This document shows, piece by piece, positions 9,773-19,597 of a DNA stretch of 54,529 nucleotides. This stretch comes from a virus. Lineage: Duplodnaviria > Caudoviricetes. The DNA is taken from IMG/VR virus record IMGVR_UViG_3300009488_000022, positions 1 through 54,529 of that record; one strand, 5' to 3'. Each line of letters begins with the position of its first letter. The stretch's first letter is position 1. The position numbers and the translations under genes are program-made. The notes beneath the pieces were generated by a model. It did no database searches, was not told the origin of the DNA, and saw nothing but the letters and a program-made list of their open reading frames with translations.

Positions 9773-10804
9773 ATGACAATGGATGTGAAGATAACACAAG
9801 GCACGGACGCGGTGGACTTCGTCACCAACTCTTGGAGGCCCTACGGATTTGACAAGCGCGGACGCCCGGTGGACGAGCGCGGCAAGATGGCGGTCAACGA
9901 GCGGGCGCTGGCGAGCAATGCCTTCCTCAACCGCGAGGAATGGGAAATCCTGGACAAGGCCGTCTTTGAGATGGCGAAACTGAGATTGGGCGCGTATCAA
10001 GATCTCATCAGTGCCGGACTCAAGCGCACGTCGTCCCTGGCCGCCTGGTACAGCAAGTGGCGCGTGGCGAGCGAGCGCGTGGCCGCCGACGTCACGATGG
10101 ACTTCCGCACGCGGCTGAACGAAGACCGTACTGACAAGAAAACCTACGGCGTGCCAATCCCCATCATCAGCGCGAAGTACAGCCTGGGGCGGCGTGAGTT
10201 GTTATCGGCCCGAGCAGCGGGCCAGCAGATCGAGACGTTTGAGGCGCAGGAGGCGACAGCGGCAGTCGTGGAGAAGGCGGAGGACATCCTGATCAACGGA
10301 GACACCTCCGTCGTCGTCAGCGGCAGTTCAATCTCTGGCTACCGCACCCTGAGCGCGCGAGACACTGGCACGGCGGCGAGCTACGGCGGCGGCGACTTTG
10401 GCACCATCTCGAACATCACCGGCACGTTTCTGGGGATGCTGAGCGCCCTGGCGGCCCTGCGGTACTACGGCCCCTTCGGCTGCTATATCCACAATACACA
10501 GTACCACCAGATGCTGGAGTTCTACACCGACGGCAGCGGGCAGACCGCGCTAGAGCGTGTGGAGTCTCTGCCCCAGATCAAGTTCGTGAAACCAAACGAC
10601 TTGATGACCACAGCAGGCGACCTGCTGATGGTGCAGCTCACGCGCAACGTGGTAGACGTGGAGGTTGCCCTGACGCTGGAGAACCGGCGCTGGGAGGCCC
10701 CCGACGGGTCGGCCATGTTCTTCGTCGTGATGATGAGCGCGGTGCCACGCCTAAAAACAGACTACCAGGGAAATTCGGGGATAGCCCACGCGACAGCTTG
10801 TTAG
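9773..10804 (+). CDS. Major capsid protein (HK97 fold, encapsulin/Linocin-M18-like branch)
   Basis: 343 aa; LNREEWEILDKAV, VPIPII...RRELL motifs; position. Confidence 0.88.
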   Translation: MTMDVKITQGTDAVDFVTNSWRPYGFDKRGRPVDERGKMAVNERALASNAFLNREEWEILDKAVFEMAKLRLGAYQDLISAGLKRTSSLAAWYSKWRVASERVAADVTMDFRTRLNEDRTDKKTYGVPIPIISAKYSLGRRELLSARAAGQQIETFEAQEATAAVVEKAEDILINGDTSVVVSGSSISGYRTLSARDTGTAASYGGGDFGTISNITGTFLGMLSALAALRYYGPFGCYIHNTQYHQMLEFYTDGSGQTALERVESLPQIKFVKPNDLMTTAGDLLMVQLTRNVVDVEVALTLENRRWEAPDGSAMFFVVMMSAVPRLKTDYQGNSGIAHATAC

Positions 10805-10814
10805 GAGGCCGCTA

Positions 10815-11174
10815 ATGCCCCTCGTAAAAATCAGATCCAACGTGACGCATCGCGTCACTGAAAAGCTCCTGAAGGCAGGGGACGTGTTTGACGCTTCCCC
10901 TGCCGAGATGGAGTCGTTCGGCGACAAGTTTGAACCGGTCGAGGACGATGAATGGAACGTGACAGAGATGGTGGTGGAGGAGACTGAGCCTAAACTTGAA
11001 CCTAAACCTATTAGCGCAACGAGAGGCGCTATTGGGCTGGCTGTAGAGCACGGCATCAGCCTATTCCTGTCGGGCATTACTGGCAGCGGGCGGGACAGGC
11101 GCATCACCAAGGCTGACGTGGAGACGTTTCTGAACAACGAAGCGGAGGCTGCACCGAATGGCGACGCTCAATAG
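10815..11174 (+). CDS. Protein with C-terminal E3-binding (peripheral subunit-binding)-like domain
   Basis: ATRGAIGLAVEHGISL..ITGSGRDRRITKADVETFL matches the PSBD pattern. Confidence 0.7.
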   Translation: MPLVKIRSNVTHRVTEKLLKAGDVFDASPAEMESFGDKFEPVEDDEWNVTEMVVEETEPKLEPKPISATRGAIGLAVEHGISLFLSGITGSGRDRRITKADVETFLNNEAEAAPNGDAQ

Positions 11175-11574
11175 TGGTGTCTGTGCCAGCGTCACGCCGG
11201 ACGCGGTCAAGGAGATCATCGACAGCGACCTGGCCGATGCGCGGATCAACGCTTTCATCAACCTGGCCTACTTTGCTACCGTCCCGCTGACCAACCTACT
11301 GGACGACTGCGGAGGCGCGGACGCGCTGTGCGAAATCCAGTTGTGGCTGGCGGCGCACTTCCTGACCGTCTACGAACGACAGACGAAAAGCGAGTCGGTG
11401 GGCGGGGAATGGAGCGTGACCTACCTGGGCCAGGACGGCCTGGGCTTGGAGGCTAGTCTCTATGGCCAGCAGGCACTGGCGCTGGACTGTTCGGGCGAGT
11501 TGGCGAAGTATGGCCTGAAGCGTGCGACCTTTCAGACTGTGGACTATGAGACTATCGAAGACCTCAACGTATGA
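11158..11574 (+). CDS. Head-tail adaptor
   Basis: IQLWLAAHFL, KSESVG..SVTY, SLYGQQALALD motifs; position. Confidence 0.8.
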   Translation: MATLNSGVCASVTPDAVKEIIDSDLADARINAFINLAYFATVPLTNLLDDCGGADALCEIQLWLAAHFLTVYERQTKSESVGGEWSVTYLGQDGLGLEASLYGQQALALDCSGELAKYGLKRATFQTVDYETIEDLNV

Positions 11575-11936
11575 TGGCGAGTGTACATTTCAAAAAGCAC
11601 CTCATCCATAGCGCAATGGTACAGCGCAATACGCCGACGACAAGTACGAGCGGCGAGTTGATTGACGACTGGACTGACGTGGGTGAGATCAACTGTCGCT
11701 ACGTCGAGAAGTCAGAACGCATCGCTGCCGAGGGGATAGGCTTCATGATGCTGGAGTCTCACATGCTGTTATGCAATGAGGGCGAGGACGTAGAGGAAGA
11801 TGACCGGGTTATAGACATCTTGTGGAGAACAGATGACAGCGTGGTGAACGCCGGGCCGTTTAGCGTCGAGGCGCTGCTGAAACGTAGCAGCACGGTAGCG
11901 CATCACTGGATGCTGAAATTGGAGAAGGTAGAATGA
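11571..11936 (+). CDS. Head closure (stopper) protein
   Basis: Position after adaptor; beta-rich, about 120 aa. Confidence 0.7.
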   Translation: MMASVHFKKHLIHSAMVQRNTPTTSTSGELIDDWTDVGEINCRYVEKSERIAAEGIGFMMLESHMLLCNEGEDVEEDDRVIDILWRTDDSVVNAGPFSVEALLKRSSTVAHHWMLKLEKVE

Positions 11937-12139
11937 CAACAAAGCCTATTTCGGGGCAAGAATGGATAACGCATGTCGTGAAGTGCCTGGGACTAGAGCA
12001 CCTAAGAGTTCGGCGCGTCGTCATAGATGCGGCCTATGACTCTGCGGTAGAGGTCTATGTAGAATGCTTCGGCAGTGAGGAGCTGTTGGATGTAGAACCG
12101 CCCGAGGCGGGCACTGTCAGTGTCAGGGTGATAGAGTAA
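11933..12139 (+). CDS. Hypothetical protein
   Basis: Overlaps both neighbours. Confidence 0.55.
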   Translation: MTTKPISGQEWITHVVKCLGLEHLRVRRVVIDAAYDSAVEVYVECFGSEELLDVEPPEAGTVSVRVIE

Positions 12140-12618
12140 TGGCACTACAGACAGAAGTCATCGGCCTGAAAGACCTGGAGGCGAACCTGAAAGCCATCGC
12201 TGCCGTGGTGGGCGGTGCTGAACTGGCCGACTCACTGGCGACTGGCGCGCAGGAGATCGTGTGGCAGGCGCAGCAGAACGCGATGGCTCAAGGCCTCCAC
12301 GAAAGCGGAGACTTGCGCGATAGTATTCATACACGCAAGATTAACCAATATAGAGTTGACATCGTGGTAGGTGCAGTCTATGGTGCGGCGATGGAGTATG
12401 GTCAAACTCAAATCGTCACGGACAAGCAGCGCCGTTTCTTCTGGGCAAAGTTTGCGGAGACTGGTGATGATATGTGGAAAGCAATGGCGCTTAGTACAAA
12501 ATTAGTAACACCAGCAAGACCCTACTTGCGACCTGCCATAGATACAGCGAAAAAGGCGGCGATATTGACAGTAGGACAGTCACTTGGGGGGAAATGGGCG
12601 CACGTTGTCAAGGGCTAA
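12139..12618 (+). CDS. HK97 gp10-like neck/tail completion protein
   Basis: SGDLRDSI, YGAAMEYG and PARPYLRPA motifs. Confidence 0.85.
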   Translation: MALQTEVIGLKDLEANLKAIAAVVGGAELADSLATGAQEIVWQAQQNAMAQGLHESGDLRDSIHTRKINQYRVDIVVGAVYGAAMEYGQTQIVTDKQRRFFWAKFAETGDDMWKAMALSTKLVTPARPYLRPAIDTAKKAAILTVGQSLGGKWAHVVKG

Positions 12619-13148
12619 GGAATATGTTTCCATCTCTTTCGATTTACAATACCATATATAGTTCTTCTGGCTACGCTGAACATGGATGCTAGTTCAAGTG
12701 CGGTAAATTCGCCAATGGCATGCAAGCGCCGAATTTCAACAACTTGTTCAGTAATGAGCTTTGAGAGAGAGCATCGTTCCCCCTTGGGGCCGCTGCTGCG
12801 TCGGCCAAGGACTTCAAAAGAATGTCGTTGATTCTCAGAAGGAGTAACCCAAGACAAGTTTTCTAATCTGTTATCTGTCTTGTCTCCATTTGCGTGATTG
12901 CATTGATGAATTGGCGATGGGGGCGGACCAACGAAAGCGGTGAGTACTAAGCGATGAACGGGATACTTTTTAGGCTTATTCAATTTACACAGGGTAGCTC
13001 GGAGGTATCCATTGTGAGCAATATCTGGCTTGAGAAGACGGCCCGGGTAAGTGTTTGGCCCGCCCCACGCAGCACGTTTTACCCGTCCCGTATTGCTAAC
13101 CTGATACCAGCCCTCATAACCAACTACATCGCGCCATTGCTCAATCAT
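12615..13148 (-). CDS. NUMOD4-HNH homing endonuclease (antisense insertion)
   Basis: EQWRDVVGYEGWYQVSNTGRVK (NUMOD4); VHRLV...NHANGDKTDNRLENLSWVT (HNH_3); AAAGGAG RBS. Confidence 0.92.
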   Translation of the reverse strand: MIEQWRDVVGYEGWYQVSNTGRVKRAAWGGPNTYPGRLLKPDIAHNGYLRATLCKLNKPKKYPVHRLVLTAFVGPPPSPIHQCNHANGDKTDNRLENLSWVTPSENQRHSFEVLGRRSSGPKGERCSLSKLITEQVVEIRRLHAIGEFTALELASMFSVARRTIYGIVNRKRWKHIP

Positions 13149-13276
13149 CGTGCTCCTTTCAAACAAAAGCGCCACTGGCATTTGCCCAAAGTTGTCACAC
13201 ATCGGGTTGCCAATGGCGCTAGGTTGATAGTATAGCAGGTTTTTAATTGTGAGCAAATCCGATGTGTGACAACCAT

Positions 13277-13304
13277 ATTGTACTAGAAAACCGTAGTTTG
13301 TCAA
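13277..13304 (-). promoter_or_regulatory. Promoter of HNH gene
   Basis: TTGACA-16nt-TACAAT on the minus strand. Confidence 0.6.
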
Positions 13305-13320
13305 ATAGGAGGCAAAACAA

Positions 13321-14250
13321 ATGACCGTTCGAACGAATCAATGGCTGAAGGACTACTTTATGGAGCGTGATCCTGACGACCACAACCGGGACCTGGTGGA
13401 CACCTTTGGCAACTTGAGGGCGAGCAATGGCGTGACCATTTTTGTAAACTCTGCTGCTAATGGTGGCGATGATGGCAATCCAGGCACGGACCCACTAGCT
13501 CCCAAGTTGACTATTGGCGGCTCAAGCGGTGCCGTCTCACTTTGCACGGATAGTGACGACGTGGTCGATAATATCATCGTGGGTGGATTGCCCGCCGATA
13601 CGTTTCCAATCACTATCGACGCGGCACGCACCAATGTTATCGGCTATCCTGCCCCTGGTTTTTATTCACGGATCAGGCTAGATGCACGCTCCGCTGTCGA
13701 GGACGTGTTTGTCGCTGCCTCGAACTGGGTGCTAATCCAGGGCTTCGAGACCAGGGCGGGTGCCGGGAAAGCGGGGATACAGGTCTCCACAACCAACGTC
13801 CATCGTTGCTGCTTCAGGAACAACTACTTCGGCTTCGGGGCCTACGGCGTCCTGTTAGACGGGACGGCCGGCGGCGGGCATCAAGTGGTGGACAACTATT
13901 TCCAGGGCGCGCTCACTGATGGCGGCATCTATTCAGTTGCTGGCTACCAGCTTCGGTACGAGCTCAACGTCTTTGGTAAAATGACACCAAGGTGCATCTA
14001 TGTGATGGGCACTGCCGGGGACGGTATGATCCTGGACAACACCTTCGCTTTGGCCGCTGATGCCGCCGATGGTTTGGCTATCACAATGGGTGCAAGCAAT
14101 AACCAGAACTGGATCATCGCCGGGAACCGCGCCAACTATGGCCCATCTACGATGACGCAAAACCCCTATCGGGATGTTTCCCTTGGGACTGGCAACCACT
14201 GGATGCAGAACTGGAAGGGCACGACGGAAACTGATCCAGCGGTAGCATAG
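13321..14250 (+). CDS. Pectin-lyase-like beta-helix virion protein
   Basis: Repeated N/G-rich beta-helix patterns (FRNNYF, VVDNYF, ILDNTF, IAGNRA). Confidence 0.65.
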   Translation: MTVRTNQWLKDYFMERDPDDHNRDLVDTFGNLRASNGVTIFVNSAANGGDDGNPGTDPLAPKLTIGGSSGAVSLCTDSDDVVDNIIVGGLPADTFPITIDAARTNVIGYPAPGFYSRIRLDARSAVEDVFVAASNWVLIQGFETRAGAGKAGIQVSTTNVHRCCFRNNYFGFGAYGVLLDGTAGGGHQVVDNYFQGALTDGGIYSVAGYQLRYELNVFGKMTPRCIYVMGTAGDGMILDNTFALAADAADGLAITMGASNNQNWIIAGNRANYGPSTMTQNPYRDVSLGTGNHWMQNWKGTTETDPAVA

Positions 14251-14253
14251 GCT

Positions 14254-14643
14254 ATGGCGCTGCGCACGACCGTCTACGATCGGTGCATCGGCCATGCAGG
14301 AATAGCGGCACTGATTGGCACGCGTTGCTACCCAGACCGGTTGCCGGAGGGTGTGACGTATCCGGCACTGACGTACTTTCGGGTGTCGGCAGACAACGCG
14401 CCGTTTCGCAATCACGACGGCGGGCCGACCGAGTTTGAGACCAGCCGCGTCCAGTTTAACTGTTACGACGAGACCGGCGACGGCGCGGCGGCGCTGGCCG
14501 ACCAGTTACGGTTGGCCTGGGATGGATATACGGACGGCTGTACCGTCAGCGTCGCCTGGCAAGCCAACAGGTTGATGACCAGGGAGGACGCGATCAACGC
14601 ATACCGTGCTATCGTGGATGTGATGATAGAGCACGGAATATAG
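14254..14643 (+). CDS. Tail terminator (DUF3168-like)
   Basis: LIGTRCYP..LPEGVTYPALTYFRVS and RVQFNCY motifs. Confidence 0.85.
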   Translation: MALRTTVYDRCIGHAGIAALIGTRCYPDRLPEGVTYPALTYFRVSADNAPFRNHDGGPTEFETSRVQFNCYDETGDGAAALADQLRLAWDGYTDGCTVSVAWQANRLMTREDAINAYRAIVDVMIEHGI

Positions 14644-14659
14644 AATTAGGAGGTAAACG

Positions 14660-15103
14660 ATGGCAGACCATCCATCGCACGGCACGATTGTCAAGGTAGA
14701 CTTCGCCGGGGGCTCAAGCTACACTGCCGTCGGCCAGATCACGAGTGACATCTCAATCGTCTCGCCGAGCCGGGGCGTCATCGTCGTGACGGCGCACGAC
14801 GATACCTGGGCGACGAAGTTGGCGGGTATCCCAGACGCAGGACAACTCAGCTTCACCGTCAGTTATGACCCGGCGGACACGATCCACGAGGACTTCGTGA
14901 CCGAGTTCGACGCCGACGCCTGCACGTTGCCAACCTGGGAGATCACGATGCACATGTGCACCGCCGTCGTCACGAGTGCAACATGGACATTCGCTGGCTT
15001 CCCTACTAGCATACCACTGACATCTCCATTGGAAGGCAAGCACGAAATGGCCTTGACCATCGAGATCAGCGGCGAACCGACATTGACCATCGTCACGCCA
15101 TAG
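14660..15103 (+). CDS. Major tail tube protein (lambda gpV-like)
   Basis: LAGIPDAGQLSFTVSYDP, WTFAGF, LTIEISGEP motifs; position. Confidence 0.85.
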   Translation: MADHPSHGTIVKVDFAGGSSYTAVGQITSDISIVSPSRGVIVVTAHDDTWATKLAGIPDAGQLSFTVSYDPADTIHEDFVTEFDADACTLPTWEITMHMCTAVVTSATWTFAGFPTSIPLTSPLEGKHEMALTIEISGEPTLTIVTP

Positions 15104-15146
15104 CGGCCTGTCTGCCGACAGGCAGGCGTCACAGAGAGGTAAACAA

Positions 15147-15542
15147 ATGACTACGTATCTGTCCCGCGACGACATCCTGAACGCTCAGGATTTCCGAACC
15201 GACGAGGTAGACGTACCAGAATGGGGCGGCACTGTGCTGGTACGCGAATTAAGTGCGCTAGAAATGCTGAAAGTTAGATTTCGTGTATATGAAGGGGAAG
15301 ATGCAGAGGGCAGGCTTAGGACTAACCGGGCTAAATATGCTGAGAATATACCGGCCATGATTTCCTGGTGTGTGGTAGATGAAAGAGGTGTATCTATCCT
15401 GTCTATAGATGACGTGAATCGCCTCTCTGCTAAATCTGTTAGGCCGGCCGACCGTATCATCGCCAAAATCATGAAGCTCTCTCGCCTAGCTGAGGCTGAG
15501 AATGAAGGTGAAGACGAGGACACCGAAGCAAAAAACGAATGA
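15147..15542 (+). CDS. Tail assembly chaperone (gpG-like)
   Basis: LSRDDIL...VDVPEWGGTVLVRELS; ends in slippery A AAA AAC. Confidence 0.88.
   Translation: MTTYLSRDDILNAQDFRTDEVDVPEWGGTVLVRELSALEMLKVRFRVYEGEDAEGRLRTNRAKYAENIPAMISWCVVDERGVSILSIDDVNRLSAKSVRPADRIIAKIMKLSRLAEAENEGEDEDTEAKNE
15530..15536 (+). other. Programmed -1 ribosomal frameshift site
   Basis: A-AAA-AAC heptamer; the -1 frame reads into ORF 15539-15901. Confidence 0.8.
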
Positions 15543-15901
15543 CGCCCGCCCGGCGCGATGCTTTTCGCTTGGCGCTGGCGCTGGGACAGCCGAATCCCGA
15601 TGCGATGCTGGTACGACTGCCTTGGCGAATTTGGCAAGAGTGGCGGGCATTTGCTGCGCTGGAGCCGTTCGGCGAGGGGCGGGCTGACCTGCGAGCGGGT
15701 ATTGTAGCAGCAACGATGGCAAACTGCCTGGCGCGGCGCAAGGGTCAACCTGCGTTCAAGCCGTACGACTTCATGCCGCAGTTTGAGGAGCCAGCGCGTA
15801 GGCTACCGGTAACATCAGGCGAGCACTACCAGCAGGTGCTCATGATCACCCGGTTGTTCGGCGGCAAGGTCGTGAAGACACAGGCGGAGTTAGTAGATTG
15901 A
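15539..15901 (+). CDS. Tail assembly chaperone gpT-like (frameshift extension)
   Basis: EWRAFAALEPFGEGRADLRAGIVA, DFMP motifs. Confidence 0.85.
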   Translation: MTPARRDAFRLALALGQPNPDAMLVRLPWRIWQEWRAFAALEPFGEGRADLRAGIVAATMANCLARRKGQPAFKPYDFMPQFEEPARRLPVTSGEHYQQVLMITRLFGGKVVKTQAELVD

Positions 15902-15902
15902 C

Positions 15903-17852
15903 ATGACGAGAATCCAAGTAGCCGAACTCTATGCGCCGGTCGTAGCAGATACGACCGGCTTTGCTAAAGGTCTTAGCGGTGCAACCTCTGATGCCAAGGA
16001 GTGGGCGAAGGAGGCTGACAAAACCTTCGGCAAGGTTGGACCGGGTATCAAGTCCAGCTCAAAGGGCTTGGAAGGCCTGGCTAAGGCTGCTGATATTGCC
16101 AAGACAGCCCTCGCCGGCAGCGCCATCGTCATGGCTGGCAAGGCTGCCTACAATCTAGGCGTACTTGGGGCTCAGTCTCTCCGCACCAAGCGAGCGTTCG
16201 ATGCCATTTCTGGCGGTGCTTTCAACGCCGCCGACAACCTGGACGCCATGCGCCGCGCCACTCGCGGCGCGATGAGCGAACAGAACATGATGGCGACGGC
16301 CAATCAACTGTTGCAGATGGGCCTCGCCAATAATGCCGAAGAGCTGGAAGGCGTCACGGAAATGGCCGTGACGCTGGGCGCGGCGATGGGCAAAGAAGCC
16401 GGGCCAGCCGTAGAAGAGTTTTCCCTCATGCTCGCAAACCAATCAATTCCAAGATTGGACACGTTTGGAATTAGCGCGAGCAAGGTTCGCGCCCGCATCC
16501 TGGAATTACAGAAGGCAACACCTGGCCTGAGCCGTGAGATGGCCTTTAACACCGCCGTCAACGAAGAGGGCGCGAAGGCGATGGAGCGGCTGGGGGATGC
16601 TGCCGACGACGAACTACTAGCGAACGAGCGGCTAGAAGCGTCTATGGCCGACTTGAAAGTAATGGCCGGCGAGGCACTGGCCCCGGCGATGGCAGAGGTA
16701 GCCGAGGCGGCGGCAACGGTAACGCGGGCGGTGATAGACGCGCAGCGCGAGATAGATAATTTACGAGATGAACTCGGCGACGCCGCTGTGGAGGCAGCCC
16801 AGACTGAGGACGTCATGGGCACCCTCGCAGATGCTTCAGGAATTCTATCTGGCGAACTTGACGCCACGGGCACCAATCTTTATGAGGCCGGAAGCGCGAT
16901 GGAAGCCCTCCGTGCACGCGCTGTTGCAATGGCGGAAGGCGTGGCGGAAGCAGTTGAGAGTGGGCGTTCGCAGGTAGACGGCTGGTCATCGTCACTGTTC
17001 GGCACGGCAGAGGCGGGAAACGTTGCGTCAGAGTCGATGTATGAGTTGAGCACGTCTGTCAACACTGTCGCTAGTTCATTCGGCGAGATGGAATTTGACG
17101 ACGAACAACTATGGAAGATGGCAGCGGCAAGCGGGGCCAGCCTGGACGAGTTGAGTACGCTGGCGCAAACACTAGGCATTGCGACTGAGGCGGAAATAGA
17201 GAACACACTCGAAGGCTATAAGTTGGTTGAGATGTTTGGCGAGGGGGAACTGTCTGCTGCCAACCTGGCTACCGGCTTCGACGACCTGGCAGCATCTACA
17301 CGGGCAGACGAGGCGGCAGCGGTAGCGGCGCGGGTTGAAACCGAGGCACTACGAGAGGAGTTTCTGGAAGGCACGCGGGCGGTTTCCGGGCTACAAGAAG
17401 GCACCGACGACGCCACTACCTCGATGCTGAGTTTCAAGGATGAAATTATACCTGTGAATATAGAGACCGCCGAGTTTGGCGAAAACATCTCGTTAGTCAA
17501 CGACGTGCTGAACCAGATGGCAGGTGAGTATACCGTAGTAATACACTATGAGCATACAGGCACGCCACCCAGTGCGCTGCCAGGCGGGGGCGGTGGGGGT
17601 GGTGTGCCGCCGCCCCTCCAGCACGGCACACCTTTCTGGCGCGGCGGCCTAGCCATCCTCGGCGATCGGGGGCCAGAGCTGGTGGCATTACCGCGCGGTA
17701 GTCGTGTGTGGTCAACGGATGCACCAGAGACGCAAGCAGCAATTGGCAATAGTTTTGGCGGAGATACATACATCATCAATGACAGATTAGCTATGGCACT
17801 GGCGCTAGAACAGAACCGGCACAGGCGCATCCAGCGCATAGAAGGAATGTGA
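15903..17852 (+). CDS. Tape measure protein
   Basis: Ala-rich helical 649 aa after the chaperones; C-terminal GGLAILGDRGPELVALPRGSRV. Confidence 0.9.
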   Translation: MTRIQVAELYAPVVADTTGFAKGLSGATSDAKEWAKEADKTFGKVGPGIKSSSKGLEGLAKAADIAKTALAGSAIVMAGKAAYNLGVLGAQSLRTKRAFDAISGGAFNAADNLDAMRRATRGAMSEQNMMATANQLLQMGLANNAEELEGVTEMAVTLGAAMGKEAGPAVEEFSLMLANQSIPRLDTFGISASKVRARILELQKATPGLSREMAFNTAVNEEGAKAMERLGDAADDELLANERLEASMADLKVMAGEALAPAMAEVAEAAATVTRAVIDAQREIDNLRDELGDAAVEAAQTEDVMGTLADASGILSGELDATGTNLYEAGSAMEALRARAVAMAEGVAEAVESGRSQVDGWSSSLFGTAEAGNVASESMYELSTSVNTVASSFGEMEFDDEQLWKMAAASGASLDELSTLAQTLGIATEAEIENTLEGYKLVEMFGEGELSAANLATGFDDLAASTRADEAAAVAARVETEALREEFLEGTRAVSGLQEGTDDATTSMLSFKDEIIPVNIETAEFGENISLVNDVLNQMAGEYTVVIHYEHTGTPPSALPGGGGGGGVPPPLQHGTPFWRGGLAILGDRGPELVALPRGSRVWSTDAPETQAAIGNSFGGDTYIINDRLAMALALEQNRHRRIQRIEGM

Positions 17853-17862
17853 GGAGAATAAA

Positions 17863-18816
17863 ATGGCATTAGATCAGGATGTAACGCTCGGCAGTTCCGC
17901 GACCACAGTGGTGAAATTTGGTTCGACCGATGTCGTACTCGTCGTTGCCACGGGGGCACCAGACGGAAACTCATCTCCGCAATCTGATGCCGCTAAGGGC
18001 TCACTCTACCTGCGTACTGATGCAAGCACAGATGAAAGCGCGTGGTACGAAAAAGTAGACACCGCAGACTCGGACGACGACTGGGCTGTTGTGCTGATAG
18101 CAGGTGAAGTTGTATCAGGCGGGCGTACCTGGGCCACGGGCTGGACGATGGGCACAGATAATAAGTTGTATTTCCGCGACACTGCCATATATGCCTACTC
18201 CAGCGCCGACGGCGTTCTACACCTGGTGGCCGACGGCTCAGTACGCATCGGAGACGGTACGAATGAGTTGATCGTACACCCAGACGGCGAAATTGAACTA
18301 GCGGGCACGGCAATGGTGACGCGGACTATCCCGCTGGGCCTGGACAGCCAGCACGGGACGGCTACCAGCGAGGCGTTTAACGCCGCACCGTCCATCAACC
18401 TTGACGCCGACGGCGAGACCTGGTTCGTGTCCTTTGAGGCCCCCAATGACTGGGATGAGGCCAGTGACCTAACAATGGTTTGCATGGTCGGTAACGAGAT
18501 AGCCGAGACTGATAACGACGACGTGAGCTTTACCGGCCAGGCGCGGGGCTATGCCGACGGCGAGACGATGGGCGACGCGGGCCAGGCAGTGACGTTCGCG
18601 TTGAACCTGACGGGTGGCGATCAGGCGATAGATGTCATCAATCGCGTGACCGGCGTGATTGATTGGAACGAGGCCACTTACCCCATCGCCGCCGGTGACA
18701 CCGTCGTGGTGGAGATGACTGTGAACTTGACCGATGGCACAGAGTGCACGGGACCGCTTCACATCGTCGGACAATGGGTAGAATATTATGCTAATAAATT
18801 GGGGACTGCTACTTGA
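17863..18816 (+). CDS. Putative tail/virion protein
   Basis: Acidic beta-rich; GAP...AAKGSLYLRTD repeat-type motif of fibre proteins. Confidence 0.6.
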   Translation: MALDQDVTLGSSATTVVKFGSTDVVLVVATGAPDGNSSPQSDAAKGSLYLRTDASTDESAWYEKVDTADSDDDWAVVLIAGEVVSGGRTWATGWTMGTDNKLYFRDTAIYAYSSADGVLHLVADGSVRIGDGTNELIVHPDGEIELAGTAMVTRTIPLGLDSQHGTATSEAFNAAPSINLDADGETWFVSFEAPNDWDEASDLTMVCMVGNEIAETDNDDVSFTGQARGYADGETMGDAGQAVTFALNLTGGDQAIDVINRVTGVIDWNEATYPIAAGDTVVVEMTVNLTDGTECTGPLHIVGQWVEYYANKLGTAT

Positions 18817-19589
18817 CAATAACTAACAGGCCAACAACTATCTATGCCTTGCTCGATCCACGGGATGCTGCTGTTCGCTATATCGGCAAGACAATACAAA
18901 CTCCAGCGGCGCGGCTGAGGAGGCACCTACAGCGCAGATTCCATACCCGCAAAGGTTGCTGGATATCTCAACTCAAAGAGCAAGGCTTAAAACCAATCTG
19001 GCAAACACTTGAGGTTATCCCAGCAGGAGAGGGGTGGGAAGCACGTGAGTGCTGGTGGATAGCGCATGGACGTAATGAAGGATGGCCCTTAACAAACATC
19101 GGCGATGGTGGAGAGGGGCGCTCGCCACATACCAAATCAGCTGCAACCAGGCAAAAGCAATCCGACGCAGTGAAAGCAGCTTGGCGCAGAGGGGCCTACG
19201 ATGGTAGAGATACCGAAGAATTTCGGCACAAAATAAGTGAGGCTCATAAAGGCAAGACTCTATCAAAAGAACATCGTCGCAAAATTGGTGATGCATTTAG
19301 GGGCAAAGTGCTCACTAAGGAACATAAGCAAAAGATAGGCAAGGCCAATGGAGGAGAGAATAATCCCTTTTTTGGCAAACATCATAGCGAAGAGACAAGG
19401 GCAAGATACCGAATCATCAACAAAGGCGCAGGGAATCCCCGTGCTAAATTGACCGAAAAAGAGGTAATAAGAATCCGGGCACGATGGGCTAATGACAAGA
19501 TTACACAAGCGGCTCTTGCTAGAGAATATGGCATAACACGGGCGGCGGTGTGGCGCATTGTACATCGAATCACCTGGACTCACGTTTGA
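18813..19589 (+). CDS. GIY-YIG homing endonuclease with NUMOD3 repeats
   Basis: IYALLDPR..VRYIGKT; repeated HRRKIG/HSEET; low GC. Confidence 0.88.
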   Translation: MTITNRPTTIYALLDPRDAAVRYIGKTIQTPAARLRRHLQRRFHTRKGCWISQLKEQGLKPIWQTLEVIPAGEGWEARECWWIAHGRNEGWPLTNIGDGGEGRSPHTKSAATRQKQSDAVKAAWRRGAYDGRDTEEFRHKISEAHKGKTLSKEHRRKIGDAFRGKVLTKEHKQKIGKANGGENNPFFGKHHSEETRARYRIINKGAGNPRAKLTEKEVIRIRARWANDKITQAALAREYGITRAAVWRIVHRITWTHV

Positions 19590-19597
19590 GGTAACCT

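Noticed and set aside
9773-10804. Encapsulin nanocompartment
   Set aside because: Context (portal, protease, adaptor, tail) shows it is the phage capsid protein.
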